The notes: generated from the letters alone by a model not told the origin. Shown: positions 14,331-28,102, counted from the stretch's first letter. The stretch is DNA of 64,000 nt from Proteromonas lacertae (GCA_002245135.1 NGBS01000333.1:1-64000); one strand, 5' to 3'. Numbers and translations are program-made.

Positions 14331-16046
14331 TTAGTATTGAGGAGGATATATTTTTCGAGTAGGAGGTGATTCTATAGTATCTATTATAAATATTAAGAAA
14401 AATCATCATAACCACGAAAGGAATAAATAAAAAGATATATTCTTGATATCTTGATTTAATTTCTTTCACATTATCAATACAACTCTGAATATAATCTTTA
14501 TCCATAAACTCAAGATAATGATGCAAAAACAATTCACTTTTAAACAACTTTTCACATTTTGATAAATAATTATCAAATACTTTATAAATACCACAATTAT
14601 TGGTTAATGTTAATAAAGATTGTTTCTATATATATATATATAAACATACACTTCCAATAGATGCTTCATTACAATGACCAGTTTTAAAACCTTCACTATT
14701 CCAATAAATCATTTTCAATTCATTTTTCAATCTAAACAACATTCATTATAATAGCAATAAAATAAAACTATACTTTTCAATATTTCTATTGATATCTGAA
14801 ATCATTATATTTCCTCTAAACATTAATGAACAGGATAGTATCGTGGAAACTCTTGGATCAATTTCTAACAACTGATTTCGACTATAATAAGAAAATAAAT
14901 AGCAAAATAATAATTAAAACAAATTATATACAATTTAAATGCATCACTAACCATTGTATCTACAACTTTTGGCCCACTTTGTAATTCCATATTCTTATAT
15001 GTATATAAAGGAGAAATGGAAGATAATAGAAAATGTAAATGATTATAAGGAACCATATTTGTAATAATTTCATTTATATCGATATTCATTGAACCATTGA
15101 ATCTCATTCCTGCTGTTATATCTGTAATCTAGTGACAGATATACATATATATATATATATATACAACTTTACTTGCAATTGCATTCATATCATCATAAGC
15201 TTCACTTTTTGATATTTTCTTATGATCTGTTAATATATCACTTTTGATTTCTTTTCCTTTACATTTCTTTGCATTTTGTTCTTTTATGATCTCTGATATT
15301 TTGATTAATGATTGATTCTCTATTGGTAATACACAATCTGCACATTCTATTAATTGACTATGTATGTTATTATATATATATATACTTTAATGATAATATT
15401 GAATTATATGGAGAAACAACAACATCATCAGCTTCCGATGGAAATACAGATACAGTAAATCTATATGTCGATTTATAATTATCATATAATTCTTTTAATA
15501 TCCTACTCCCTAAACCTGAACCTGTTCCACCACCTAGACTGTGAATTAAAAAGAAACATTGAATTGAATCGCATTGTTCTACTGCACAACGAACTGTTTC
15601 TAATAATTTATCATAGTAAAGATTGCCATATTCATAAAATCCTCTACCCCAGTTGTTTCCACTACCTGATACATCTGTTAACCTTAGATTTGTGTCAAAT
15701 AATTTGCCTAAAGGTGATTTCATTACCTATATGATAGATAATATTATTTAATACTCTGCCAACTACTCCTTCTTCCATATCAACTAACACAGATCTGGCT
15801 TTAAGTGTATTGATTTTGTTTCTTCCTTCACCTACAGGAATATCTTTAGGTGGACTATATTTAGTATCGACATTACGGAAGAATGAAGACATTGAATCAC
15901 TAAAATACCCTGAATCTCCTTGTTTCTACAAAAACTGTATTCAAACTATATACTTTTCCATATTCTGACAAAGCTAATTCCCAGAATTTACATCCTATCT
16001 GGTTTCCACACTGACCAACTTGAACAGTCACTATTTCTCTAGGCAT
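14331..16046 (-). CDS. TUBE1: Epsilon-tubulin
   Basis: Motifs [78 protein letters not shown] and FLHHY. The last intron is proposed to be of the AT-donor (U12) type, so the 3' end depends on that model. Confidence 0.9.
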
Positions 16047-16101
16047 TTTTATTTTATCGATCAAGCTTTTTGGTTCGATTTGTTTCATTTTTTTCTTTTT
16101 C

Positions 16102-16671
16102 ATGAGGACTTTCGAGGAAATAGTGTGTTTGCTGTTATTGACAGGAATACAATATGTAGTGTTTAGATCATCAGATATATCTTTTTCTTTAATAATATAT
16201 ATTTGTTTCTTAATTGTTTTATTTGACTGAAGCAACTCCATTTATTGTTAGATCAATTTTAGTTTATGCCTCCATTAGAATAGGATGGGAAGTTATTGCA
16301 TTTATATACAAATCGTTGGAAAAGACTCACATTACCAGTATTTGTTGTGAATATAATTCATAGGATGGATTTCATATATACTAATTACATTAAGTGGATT
16401 GGCATGGTTCTTTATTACAAAATCACACAAAACAGCTTTGTATTCTTAATTACCAAATATTACCTCTTTTAGATATAAACTAATTGTTAAATACAGTTCA
16501 GAGACATTAGGGATAATGCTTTCTCGTCTAGTTTATGTTTTGAGAGATAAAATGCTTTTGGTGTTATACTATTTTGATGTAATAATGGTTGCTGCAATAC
16601 TTTATGATTTAATCAGCAAAATATTGTATTATGTTGGAGTATTTGCATCAAATAAGGTTAAAAGAGAATAA
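16102..16671 (+). CDS. Small multi-pass membrane protein, TMEM147-like; absent from the ORF track
   Basis: Spliced model [40 protein letters not shown]...|[16 protein letters not shown]...|YKLIVK...NKVKRE*. It uses two GT-AG introns (16338-16363, 16440-16472) and one AT-donor intron (16177-16222). The TMEM147 resemblance is from memory of its N-terminus (..YKCSGLSE). Confidence 0.6.
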
Positions 16672-17056
16672 TTTTTCTAATTGCTTTTATTTTTGTAGAT
16701 TTTTGTTTTGTGAAAAGTAATAATAATCATATAACTCTTTTTCAAGTTTAAACTTCTAAATCTTATTAAATACTTCGATAGATATAAATAAAAATATAGT
16801 CGTTACATATTTTTTCAATTTAGTTTATTTAAGAAAAATAGAATAATCTAACATATCTATTAACGGTACATAATATTATTCAATTTAACCTAATATATGT
16901 TTAATTATGAAAGTGATAGATTAATTAATTCACTAGATTTACAGTAGAAGGCTGTTTTAAAATTATAATCAACAGTATTTAACTATGAGAAGTATTACTT
17001 CATGATAAATTTATTGAATTAATTGATTTATTGAATAAAACTACCATCTTAAATAA

Positions 17057-19202
17057 TTATTCATAATGCATATATGATATTAATTCTATTAAACATTTTG
17101 ATCCTGGTTCACAGCATGGATATAATGGAGAAGGTAAATCTTTAACAAGTAAAACAGGAGATGAATTATTATGACTTATCCAAAATTCTCTTTTATTCAT
17201 ATCAACATTCACTTCATAAATTGAACCATCTCCACAATCATTGAAATATGGATTTTTATTAACAACTCTTCCAATATTACAATATTCAGTAGAATCTAGA
17301 CTTCTACCATTTTCTATAGCATATCCACATGAATAAAACTCATAATTACCATAATATCCTCCACACATTACAATAGATAAACTAAACGATAGTGAATCAT
17401 TATCTGATCTATTTTGCAAAAATTTATACACAAAACGATATATCCCCCTTTCCATCTTTATCTCAATGAAACAATGATCATTAATATCATCATCATCATT
17501 ATTACTATCATTATTAGTTATTATTTTGCCATTATAACAGACTGTCACATATTTATTTTTATATTCCTTAGAAAATACAATATTTTCATAAACTAATGTT
17601 ATTTTATATTCCAAATTGTTAATCATATTATGACATCTTACTAAATATTCAGTGTTATTAATTTTTTTATCAATACAACCATTAATTTCTCCTGTTTCAG
17701 AATTTAACATAATTCCATCTGGTAATTGTGGTTCTATTGAAAATTTACAATGTTTACCATCATATGTTGGTTTAATTGAGAATTTGCCATATACTTTTAT
17801 TATTGATGAAGGATAGGTAAATGAGGTAACTTTTATTAATTCTGATATTATTTCTTTATTGTACACTGTTTTTATCATCATTTCATATTCATTATCATTA
17901 CAAATTTGATTTCTTATATAAGTGATTAATTTTTCTTTTATATCATTAGTTAAATAACAGCAGTAATTCAATATATGAAAGAATATTTCTATTCCACATA
18001 AATATCTAATTGTTGATATAGTATCTGTATCTTTAATGAATAAACAAAAGCATTTATATAATCTTTCACTTTCATTGGATTTATATTCATTTGCTAATAA
18101 CATAATTAGATTAGACATTTCTTCTTTACTAATTATTTCATCTACATTTTCATTTCTCATTTTACTATCAAGAATGATCATCATGCTTATTTCTTTCATT
18201 TTTATATCTTCATGTTGTATTAGCATTTCTATTACCTTCTTTACATCACTCTTTTCTAATACTTCTATATCTCTTTCTTCTATTAATATTAACTCATCTT
18301 CTATATAATATTTAAATATTATTTCTTCTATCTCTTTATCTTCTATCTTATTCAAATTAATGAATATATGATTATTATTTTTATTATTACTTTTGTAAAA
18401 CAGTTTTGACAAACTCATTTTATCTTTTATAAAATCAACTTCTCTTGGTCTTAATAATCTCATCTCTATTTTATCAAAATTAATTGATTTTGTTATTAAA
18501 TCTATATATTCATTCTCTATTTCAATCTTTTCTTTTTCATTATATATTTCTTTTTCCATTTCTTTTTCATATTTTTCGAACAAAATATTAAATAACCAAT
18601 TCTCATTATTCTTTATATATTTCATTTCTTTTATTATTATTCTCAAATCTTTCAATTCTAATTCATTCAAATATTCTTCTTTCAATAGTTTATATCCATT
18701 TTTCTTGACATAATTATCAATTATAACCTTTACCTCTCTTATCACTTCTTTCATTCTTTCAATATTATCTTCATATGCATTAATCATTCTTATCAGTTTC
18801 ATAATGACTTCTTCATTTAAATGTTCTTTTATAAACTTCAAACAACTTGGAATTACTTTACATTCATTATAATAAATACATGTTGATAGCATGTCACATA
18901 CATTATTCTGATTTATATTCATACACCCTCCACTGTAATACTTTTCTAGCTCAAAAAATGATTCAATACTACAATCCTCATATAATTCAATAACATTGCC
19001 ATTTTCACTATTTTCTATCAATTCTTTGAATATAGGGTTTGAAACTATGAAAACGGCCTTTGAACTAATAATTTCTTCTCCTCCAACTAAAACTTTTAAA
19101 TCTCCAAAGCCTTGATTTGCAATTTGTCTGCATAGTCTATTTTTGTTACATTTAATATATATAATACCCATTTTCACTAATATATGAATCAGATACTTTC
19201 AT
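17057..19202 (-). CDS. BTB/POZ + Ig-like (He_PIG-like) + SPRY-like domain protein
   Basis: BTB-like FGDLKVLVGGEEIISSKAVFIVSNPIF, Ig-like FSIEPQLPDGIMLNSETGEING, and C-terminal GSIYEVNVDMNKREF..LPSPLYP. A short first exon MKVSDSYISENG is joined by a GT-AG intron. Confidence 0.7.
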
Positions 19203-19403
19203 TTTAAGAAATGCAAATTGTTACATAATAATGACAATGTCAATGTAAATTGGTATTAATTTCATTTTTCTAATCACAGAGTTGCTATAGATAAACAAAA
19301 ATGTTATAATTCTAATGCATGTGTTCTGATGATAAGTATGATTCAACAATTGGGTATTAATAACAATGAAATTAAAAATTAGAGTATTAATGAAGATATA
19401 TAT

Positions 19404-22204
19404 TTATTTATTAGCAATATTTAAAACACGATTTGCAGTAATATAAGCTTTATACACTGCTTCTTTCTTTTTGAAATCCTTCTCAGTTGCGTATAGTGTG
19501 TTATCTATAATGATTTTACATTCGTATTGATCATCTGAAAGTAATGTACATTCAATAGACATATTCATTTTATTCTCCTGAACATAAAGCTGTAGATTAG
19601 TAGCAGGATGGTGTTTAATATTATCAATATTCATATGTTTAGACAGAAAAGGTTCCATTATTCTATGTACAACTTGAATTGTCTTGTTTATTCCACCATC
19701 TAATAATACACCTCCAATTAAAGCTTCAAAAGTATCACTTAATACTTTCCAGGTTATATTTCTATTTCCACATCCAAATTCATCTATTTTTTCAATTTCT
19801 AATAATGTAGAGGAAGGACATAAAGGAGAGATTGTTTTAAATTCACTTCCATTTCCAAAATTAATTTGACCTTTTCTTAACTTTTCAATCTATTAAATAT
19901 ATATAATCATGAATATATAAATACATATTCATCAATTTTGGAATGATCAGTTGTTGTATCTATCAAAACATTATGTAATCCTAAAGAACAAAAGATATAG
20001 CATTGTGCTTCATTTGATGTTAAGTTAGCTCTTAGATCTATATAAATATATATACTCTTTATCATATATACCATATATAATAAGTGGAGTTAATGATTCT
20101 TTATATTTGGAATAAATATCTAAAAATAATATCCAATCTAATATTGCATCACCTAAATACTCCAATCTCTCGTGATATATACTCTTTGAAAATGATTCAT
20201 ACAGAATTCTTTTATCATCAAAATCATAATCCAATATACTTTCAATGTTATGTTTTCTTACAATTTCTTCTTCCTCTTTAAACTCTTTATCATGATGAAT
20301 TGTTGTATGACAATAATGATTTATATTTAACACAGCTACAACATAAGCATAATAATCCTTAAACTGTTCTTCCATTATATAACAAATAAAATACACTGCC
20401 AAATCTACTGAATCTTCATACAAAGCAAAGGTAATAGACTCTATAACATCTGCTATTGTTTTTCTACTAAATTCAATTTCACATTTACTATCTAAATCAG
20501 GAGTAAACCATTCTCTTGGATAATTTGTTCTTTTTATCAGTTGATCAATTTTAAGTTTCTTACATTTTTTGCTAAAGTAATTATTACTTGTAATTAATTC
20601 TCTCATTTTGCTCAATTCACCTTCATTACTATTCTTTGATTTGTGGAAGAAAATAATAGAAGCAATTACTTCATATAATTTATCACCCATTGTTTCAAAT
20701 ACTTCATAATTCTCTTTACTATTATATTCTGAAGGAGTTAAAGCAATTCTTAAATTGTTTCTTAGTTTATTTATATCTTTGCATCTTTCAATAAAATGGT
20801 ATTTATTGAATAAATATTCAAATTTCATTGCCCATTCAAATTCTATAAGTAATGTCGGTAACTTAAATACCAAATTATCAATATCACTTCTAGAATGAGT
20901 AATTACTAATAACTCTGGTATAAATAAATCATTTCTTTCTTTTTTCTCTTTCTTTATACCATTTTCTTCTTTTTTTTCTTCATTACAATCATTCTTTGTG
21001 TAGATTTTTATCTTAGTTGATCCACAAATATTAGATGCATATATTAGTGGTTGATTAGGTTTTGGATTTATATTGTATTTCTCTCTATAATAATCTGTAT
21101 ATGTTGGGAATCCTTTGACATTAAATAGAGAAAGAGGAGTTGAATTATGTTCAATACTTTTTAAGAGAATTGGACATCTATAAAGATATATATTTTAAAT
21201 ATGTGTGATAATACTTTCTTAGATTCTCATCACCATATGTTCTTAATGCATAGCAATCTTTAATATCTCCATGTTCGTTTATATAATCAAGTACATTCAT
21301 ATTATCATCTATATAATAATATATAAAATAAATAAATAATTAATACAGTTCTTTGTTGATAGTGTTTTCTGTATTTGTTTCATATCCAATGTATTATCAT
21401 CTTCTTTTAAAATACATATTAAGTAATCTTCATTTTTCTTTTTCTTTATAGTTTCATCATCTAGGTTCTTTGACTGGTTTAATTTGGTAAATAACAAATT
21501 GGTATATATTTCTATGAGAAATAATTGTTTAGAATCTAATTCTATTCTTTTAATGTATTTCCAATTTGCTATTGTCTTATTCTCTTTTTCGTACAAAGGA
21601 AATGAATAATCTATACTTATTTTACATTTGCAAATTACTCCAATATTCTCTACAATAAAATGATATCCTGAATTTGGTTGAAAGGTCAAAGAATAAAGAT
21701 AATATTCTGATTTTTGTGGAATGAAAGACATAAATTTATCATAGCTAATACTAGACATTGATGTTTGATGATGATGTTTTTGTTCAACTGGTTTAGATGG
21801 TATATTTCGTTGTTTAGATGATGCATTATTCTCTATTGAATGCTCTTCATTACTATTTACTGTCATGGTAACAGCTGGTTCTGAATTTTGTTGTAATGCT
21901 GTTTGTTGAACAGCATATCGTTTCTCCAGTATTCTATCAGGGTAGAATTTACATATTATCTTTTTTGCTAATGCCTAAAATGATAAATTTTCAAAATACT
22001 TCTTTAGCTGAAGCTTCTGTAAGAGTTTTAACTTCAAAGTTTTCCTCATGGTATGTATAATGACATGTATATCCCCTATCACCATCACTGTTTGAATTAA
22101 TTCTAATTGTCTATATAAAAGTCTTTATACTCAAAGCTAGGTATTTTCTCATTATTCTCGGTACATATATTCACAAATAGTTTGTAATATGAAGCGTTTG
22201 TCAT
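19404..22204 (-). CDS. Dicer-like RNase III (PAZ, two RNase III domains, dsRBD; no helicase)
   Basis: PAZ-like TYTDYYREKYNI..QPLI..LFIPELL; RNase IIIa YEVFETMGD..ADVIES; RNase IIIb ERLEYLGDAILD..SDTFEALIGGVLLD; C-terminal dsRBD-like HPATNLQ..KKKEAVYKA. The 5' exons are uncertain. Confidence 0.85.
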
Positions 22205-22395
22205 AATTTAGGGTTGGTAAAACAAAAGTAGAAATATATTACATTGAATGTCTCATTTATTGGAATGGAAAGAGTTATTCACTGTGACAGCAATAACATA
22301 ATACATTTGTAATATGTCTGACATCCCAAAAAACAGATTTAATAATATCATATATATTAAAAGAAAGAGAATAGTGTTACATTAATATAATATAT

Positions 22396-23535
22396 TTAGT
22401 TTTCTTTGATCCACTTGTCTTCTTTATAACGATATGTCCCTGGCTCTGTGATTTGATATTCATCACTTTTCACTGTCTTATTACTTATAATTACACTGCA
22501 TTTTGAAACATCGAGTTTATATTGAGCAATGCCATTATTAGTTGTTAATTTTACACCTGGAAAATTAGGACAAACAGTTGGAGAACAATTCCAGAAATAT
22601 CTATCAGAAAATATAGAAATTAATAAAGTACATGTATGGTTCTTCAACATCTTCAACTATTATAATCACATCTCCTGTATTTTCACTATCTACATCTGAT
22701 ATATGATGTTTTCTCTCATTAATTATTGGTTGTAGTTTTTCATAACACATATCAAATACTTTCTTCATTAATATTATAACAATAGCCCAAATAAATACCC
22801 ATATAGAAAAAATCATGCCTGGAATACCATAACAGCTGTGATTAATATCATCACATTTGTTCTGTACAAATTTACAACAATCAGAGATGTGGTAATAATT
22901 ATCTATCACTTTGGCTCTTTTATATACCTTAAAATGTCTATCTAACTCATCACAACAATTCAAGATTATATCTCCTGCTTGTTCTATATTGATGTATATT
23001 AATATATGTTGATTATACTTTTCACACCATATTGTTCATCAAGTTCTTCGGCTTTTTCGACTGTTTTTAAAGCAGCATCACGTACATTTGTTGCAATTGT
23101 TGTCATTGGTGTTCTATAATATACAATTAATAAATATATGAATAATAATAATATCTCATACTTCATGAATTCTTTTATTTTCTCTATATTAGCAGCTTGT
23201 CTCTTTTTAATTTCAGAATACTTCTCTGATACATTATTCATTTGTTTTGGCACTTCTTCTGATACTTTATCGTATATGGAAATTAATGGGACTATAGCTT
23301 GTTGAAGTTTTGATAAATCCTTCTCATCTTTCATGTTCTGTCTGGTCTCTTGGATGACCTTTGTTGCATTTTCAATAGCAGAGTTTATTGAATCACTAGC
23401 TGCGCCTACAATTCCTTTCTCTTTTACATTTGTTTTTGCAACAGCAACCATTTCTTCTAAACCCTTGATCACTTCAGTGGCATAATTCTTAAGCTGTTCT
23501 CTTGGTGTAACACCAGATTCAGATGATGAACTCAT
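22396..23535 (-). CDS. Hypothetical single-pass membrane protein with helical N-terminus
   Basis: Three ORFs join in frame through short GT-AG introns. There is one hydrophobic segment (MIFSIWVFIWAIVIILM). Confidence 0.6.
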
Positions 23536-23802
23536 AATGAGAGAAGAAATTTATGAAAAATGATTTTTTTGATTTGAATGGTTTGATATTGGCTTGAAAT
23601 TATCTAATTTGTACTTTTATCAAATACTTGATTTTTAGAAAGTGTATACCAATTGCATTATTGTAGTGATGATTTATATGGAATATAATAAATGTATTTC
23701 TGAAAAACAACTGTAAGTGATTAACAATGATTCATATAGTGTATTTAATAAATAATATTACCTTCAATGAAACAAAAATCAATAAAATAATGTATGATTT
23801 AA

Positions 23803-24658
23803 TTATGGTAAATTATCACACTTATTGTCTTTTAAAAACTTCCACATACGTTCTTGAAAGGTAGACAAATATTGTTCAGTCTCTTTAATCAAAGGAATAA
23901 CCTAATATTACAATAAAAAACACAAAAATACTTTCTCTTTTGGTAAATCACCTTGTAAAGCAGTCATGAATGTTTCTTTGTATGGGCAAGCAACTAATGA
24001 AGTCTATTTGAATGATATTATTTCTTATAATCATTATACTGAAAAGGTTGTTCTGACAATCCAAGTATGATGAGGTCCTAAACACTTTTCATAGGATTCT
24101 CTACATATAGTACTTAACTCATCCTCTGTTCTTTCTACTAAACCTTTTAACATATCTTCAACAAAATCAATAAACCACATTAAACGAAGTATAGTTCTGG
24201 AACTACAACAGTAGAATTTACCTTTACCATTATAACCGTTATATCCTGTCTCAGTTGTACCCATGTCAATATCAATACGAATCAATTGCTAGATAATAAA
24301 AAACAAAAATGATGTACTTCCAAAGTGACTTCTTCTGGAGGACAGTTTATTTTTTCTAATAAGTTATAAATAATAATATTTTATACTCAACTCAATCATT
24401 TCATTTCTTCTGTCTCTCAGATTTTGTATTTTCGTTAAAACGTCTGAAGTGGCAAATGAAAATGCGATACCAAGAGTTCCTATATGTCATATAAGCAATA
24501 TACCGAATATAAGAGTAATCTCTTCCTGAATTGATAAAAATAGATCTAATTTAGTCTCTCCAGTCACTGCAGCTATTTGTTCAGCAAGTCCTTTTGCACG
24601 TTCGAGATTAAAAACTTTTTCTAATAAAAATCATGAGAAGAATAATACGTTCTGACAT
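23803..24658 (-). CDS. Glycolipid transfer protein (GLTP/ACD11 family)
   Basis: Spliced LGIAFSFATSDVLTKI..SSRTILRLMWFIDF..SYEKCLGPHHTWIVR..ACPYKETF, with six short GT-AG introns. Confidence 0.85.
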
Positions 24659-24788
24659 TCTTTCTTTTTAATGATTCAAAACGGCTATAATTGTTGAAAC
24701 AGTGAAATTATAAAACATCCTTTTGTCGATATGTTATAATAAATCAATCTTAACTAACAACCAATAATAAAAACATAATAATAAAAAT

Positions 24789-25731
24789 TTAGATAATCTT
24801 CTCCATTTCTGGATGCATAACTAATCATTTTATCAACTATTGCTTGAGCTGGTACAACTGGAGCTGATTTCTGAGGTGGAGCAAAATAAATTATATTGTT
24901 ATTGATGATCCAACCTTTCTAATCATCAAATTAAAATAAAAAATGTATAAATATAAATATATACAGCTCCTGCTATCTGTTGTATTATTGACATGTCATT
25001 GATCATCAACATATTTAATAAAGCTTGACATGATAACTGCTTATATGATTTCTCAACACAATTAGTTATTTCATTTCTAACTGATTGCATTAAAGGTTCT
25101 AATAAGCAGGTATAATATTTATTTGGTGAATTTTTATATAAAGATGTTATCTACACTATAAAAACAATGCACTATACCTTATTGTAAGAACCATCTAAGA
25201 TACTTCTTTCAATTAATAATGGGAATGCGATATATGCATCTTTAAATTCAGCTTCACTAATTGACTCCAACTAAAAATAATACATTAATGAATAGAAAGA
25301 ATTATACCCAAGTGTGAAAATCTGCAAGTCTATTCTCTGATATTAAGTATAATAAATGCAAACCGATATGGAAGAGACTTCTTGATTGTGGATAAATCAT
25401 GTAAATTGAGTTTAATAATGCAAAATGTCGATCAACTTGTTTATTATTCGTTATTACATCATATAATAATGCAGTTTCATATGTTTCCTCTAAATATATT
25501 TAACATAATTTTAATATACTTGCAATTTCATATTCTTCCTTTTGAGTTGGTGATTTGAAACAGAATGGAGGCAATGATGGGAAATTAGAAACAGCAAGCT
25601 ATATTATAATTAATATAATATAATACCATTAAATCAGCAAGAAGTGGAGCAGATTGTTCAGCAGGTGCAGAAGATTCAATATTCTGTTTGAACTGAGCGA
25701 GGGCCTTTTTAATTTGGTTTAAATCAGTCAT
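24789..25731 (-). CDS. RPN12: 26S proteasome regulatory subunit RPN12/PSMD8
   Basis: Spliced IGLHLLYLISENRLADFH..FPLLIERSILDGSYNK..VRNEITNCVEKSY..MISYA(x)EMEKII*. A 1-nt insertion is apparent near 24812. Confidence 0.85.
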
Positions 25732-25902
25732 TTTGATAGCAAAAGCTTAATAGGTAATGAATAAAAGCAAGAAGAAATTATTCAAATTTCTTGAAACGAA
25801 TACTTTAACGAATATAATTTTTGAATTATGTAAAGAAAAAAGAAATAAATAACAAGTATATCAAAACTTTATCAAATAACAATGAAGAACACTTTATAAA
25901 AA

Positions 25903-27443
25903 TCAAAACCATATTTTATTTGAAGGTGTTACTATTGTCAGATTTACTAAAGGCTGTTGTTTAAATCCATAACTTTCCAAACACTTACTTAACTTTTTGA
26001 ATCCCAAATATTTCTGTATTTCTAACTTCTCCCCATACTTCTCTTCATACAATGAAGAAATTCTTGACAGTGGACATTTATCAACACTATAATAACAATA
26101 ATATAGGCAATATATATACGTTTTAACTATATATTCTAATCTCAATAATATTCTATTTTTATTAATTTGATAATCAACATGTTGAGCTACAGAGTCATAT
26201 TCGCTATCTAATCCTTGATCTCTGTTATATGCTTGTATGTCTTTAATAAGTTGTTCTCTGCCAACATCGTCCATTGTTTTACCTGGATATTTCTTATATA
26301 ATTCGTTTATTGGTAATGGAATTTCCCATTTTTCTTCTTCTCTAATTAAATAAATAAATAAATTTATATTATTATTATATATAAATATATATACGGCTCA
26401 GATTGTTGTTGTTGCTGTTGTTCATAATTTGAATTAATGGAACTGTTATCTGAATCTGATTGAGGTGATGATGATGTATTATTATTAATATTATTATTAT
26501 TACTGTATGGATGTTGTTGTTGTTGTTGTTCAGAGGTATTTGTTGGTTCTATATCATAACTTGCCCATGCTTTATCTCTACTATTAGAACTACTCCAACT
26601 ACTTTCTTGTTTATTGTTATTATTATTATTATTTAATAATGGAGTAGCAGTAGATGTAATAGATGTTTGTTGCTGTTGTAACATCGGAGGTAATGGTTGT
26701 TGTTGTTGAATAGGTGGTGATGGTTGTCTATTCAAATCATTTGATGGACATTGTTGTTGTATTGATGGTACTTGCATTATTGGTTGTCTCTGCTGTTGTA
26801 GTTGTGGTGGTTGTAATGGTATTATTGGAGGTAATGGTTGTTGTGATTGCTGTTGTATTTGTGGTTTAATATCTTGATATTGGATTAATGGAGGTTGAGT
26901 TGAAATTCCTGAACCATCTAAGTAATTTCTATTACTGTTATACATATTATCTCTAGATCGAGAATAACTATCATCACGATAATGACGGGATCTTCTTCTT
27001 GCAGAAGGAGACCTTGATCTTGATCTAGAACCTGAATAACTTCTAGAATGTCTTCTTTCTCTATGATTAGAATGACGGGATTGGCTATGATGGTAAGGGG
27101 AAGGAGAACAACGAGATCTTTCATTATTATACCTATAATAATCTCTATCAGATACTCGGGGTGGAGAATGATAATTTTGAGAAGAACGAGATATATAGGC
27201 ATCATAACTATCATTTCTTGTATCATAATTGTAATTGTTCTTCAAAAATGCACTAATGACTGGATCGTTTCTACATTCACCAGTCATAAGATTTTTTTTA
27301 TCTAACCATGCGTATATTTTACCACAACTACACTTCAATTCTTTACCAGCCATATTTCCATCCACAAATACAATATACGATTGGGGTGCTTCAGGCAATC
27401 TAGGCATGTCATGATCTGGATTCTGGTTGTTGTTGTTATACAT
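25903..27443 (-). CDS. RS- and Q/P-rich protein with C-terminal LOTUS/OST-HTH-like domain
   Basis: SRSRSRSPS tract, poly-Q/N tracts, and C-terminal PLSRISSLYEEKYGEKL..YLGFKKLSKCLES. Two introns; the start codon is uncertain. Confidence 0.6.
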
Positions 27444-27521
27444 TCCACAGTTCAAGATCTGAGGCTGACTGTCATTTACAGAATTACATTTTCAGTACGT
27501 TTGAGCTTGATTTGCATTAAA

Positions 27522-28102
27522 ATGAAATTTTCTCTTTTTCTAGCTGTATTATTCATATCAGTAACTATTGTTGCTGCCCAAGAAAAACCAGTATTATATT
27601 CTTTGTATTTACAAATTAGACTGTTTTAGTTGTTCCAGTTACAGTAGGATCTGTACAATATTTATTAAAGGTCCGTGAAGGAGACACTGTATTTTTAATA
27701 AGTTACTTGAATAGATAAGAGAAGCAGCTTTACGTTTTATCCATGAAAACAGTTTATCCGAAGAAAGCTACAATGAAATTGCAGATGGCATTCAAAAGAA
27801 ATGGCAAGAAAGAACGCATAATTATTTTAGTATTATTTTATCAATAGAAACAATCCAAATCCAAGAAAAGCTCAAATTCCAGTAAGTATCAACGCTCTTA
27901 TTGATATTGATGAAACAAAAGGAGAAGATGCTTTATTAGCTGCAGTTCGTTTTGTTGAAGAACACGGATTAGATTATAATCAAATACCACAATTAACTCA
28001 AGTTATAGAAAATTATCTTGAATCTGCTGTATATTATTCCATTTTAATGTTTAGAAACAAGAAGAAGCTGCTCAACAAAAAACTCAACAAACAAAGAAAT
28101 AG
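27522..28102 (+). CDS. Small secreted protein with two internal repeats
   Basis: Signal peptide MKFSLFLAVLFISVTIVAA, then repeats VPVTVG..EGDT..AALRFIHENSL and IPVSIN..GEDALLAAVRFVEEHGL. Four introns, one of them GC-AG. Confidence 0.7.

Noticed and set aside
15900..16241. Long N-terminal extension of epsilon-tubulin in the ORF track
   Set aside because: The conserved start is MPREI at 16046, and the extension is antisense to the + strand TMEM147-like gene.
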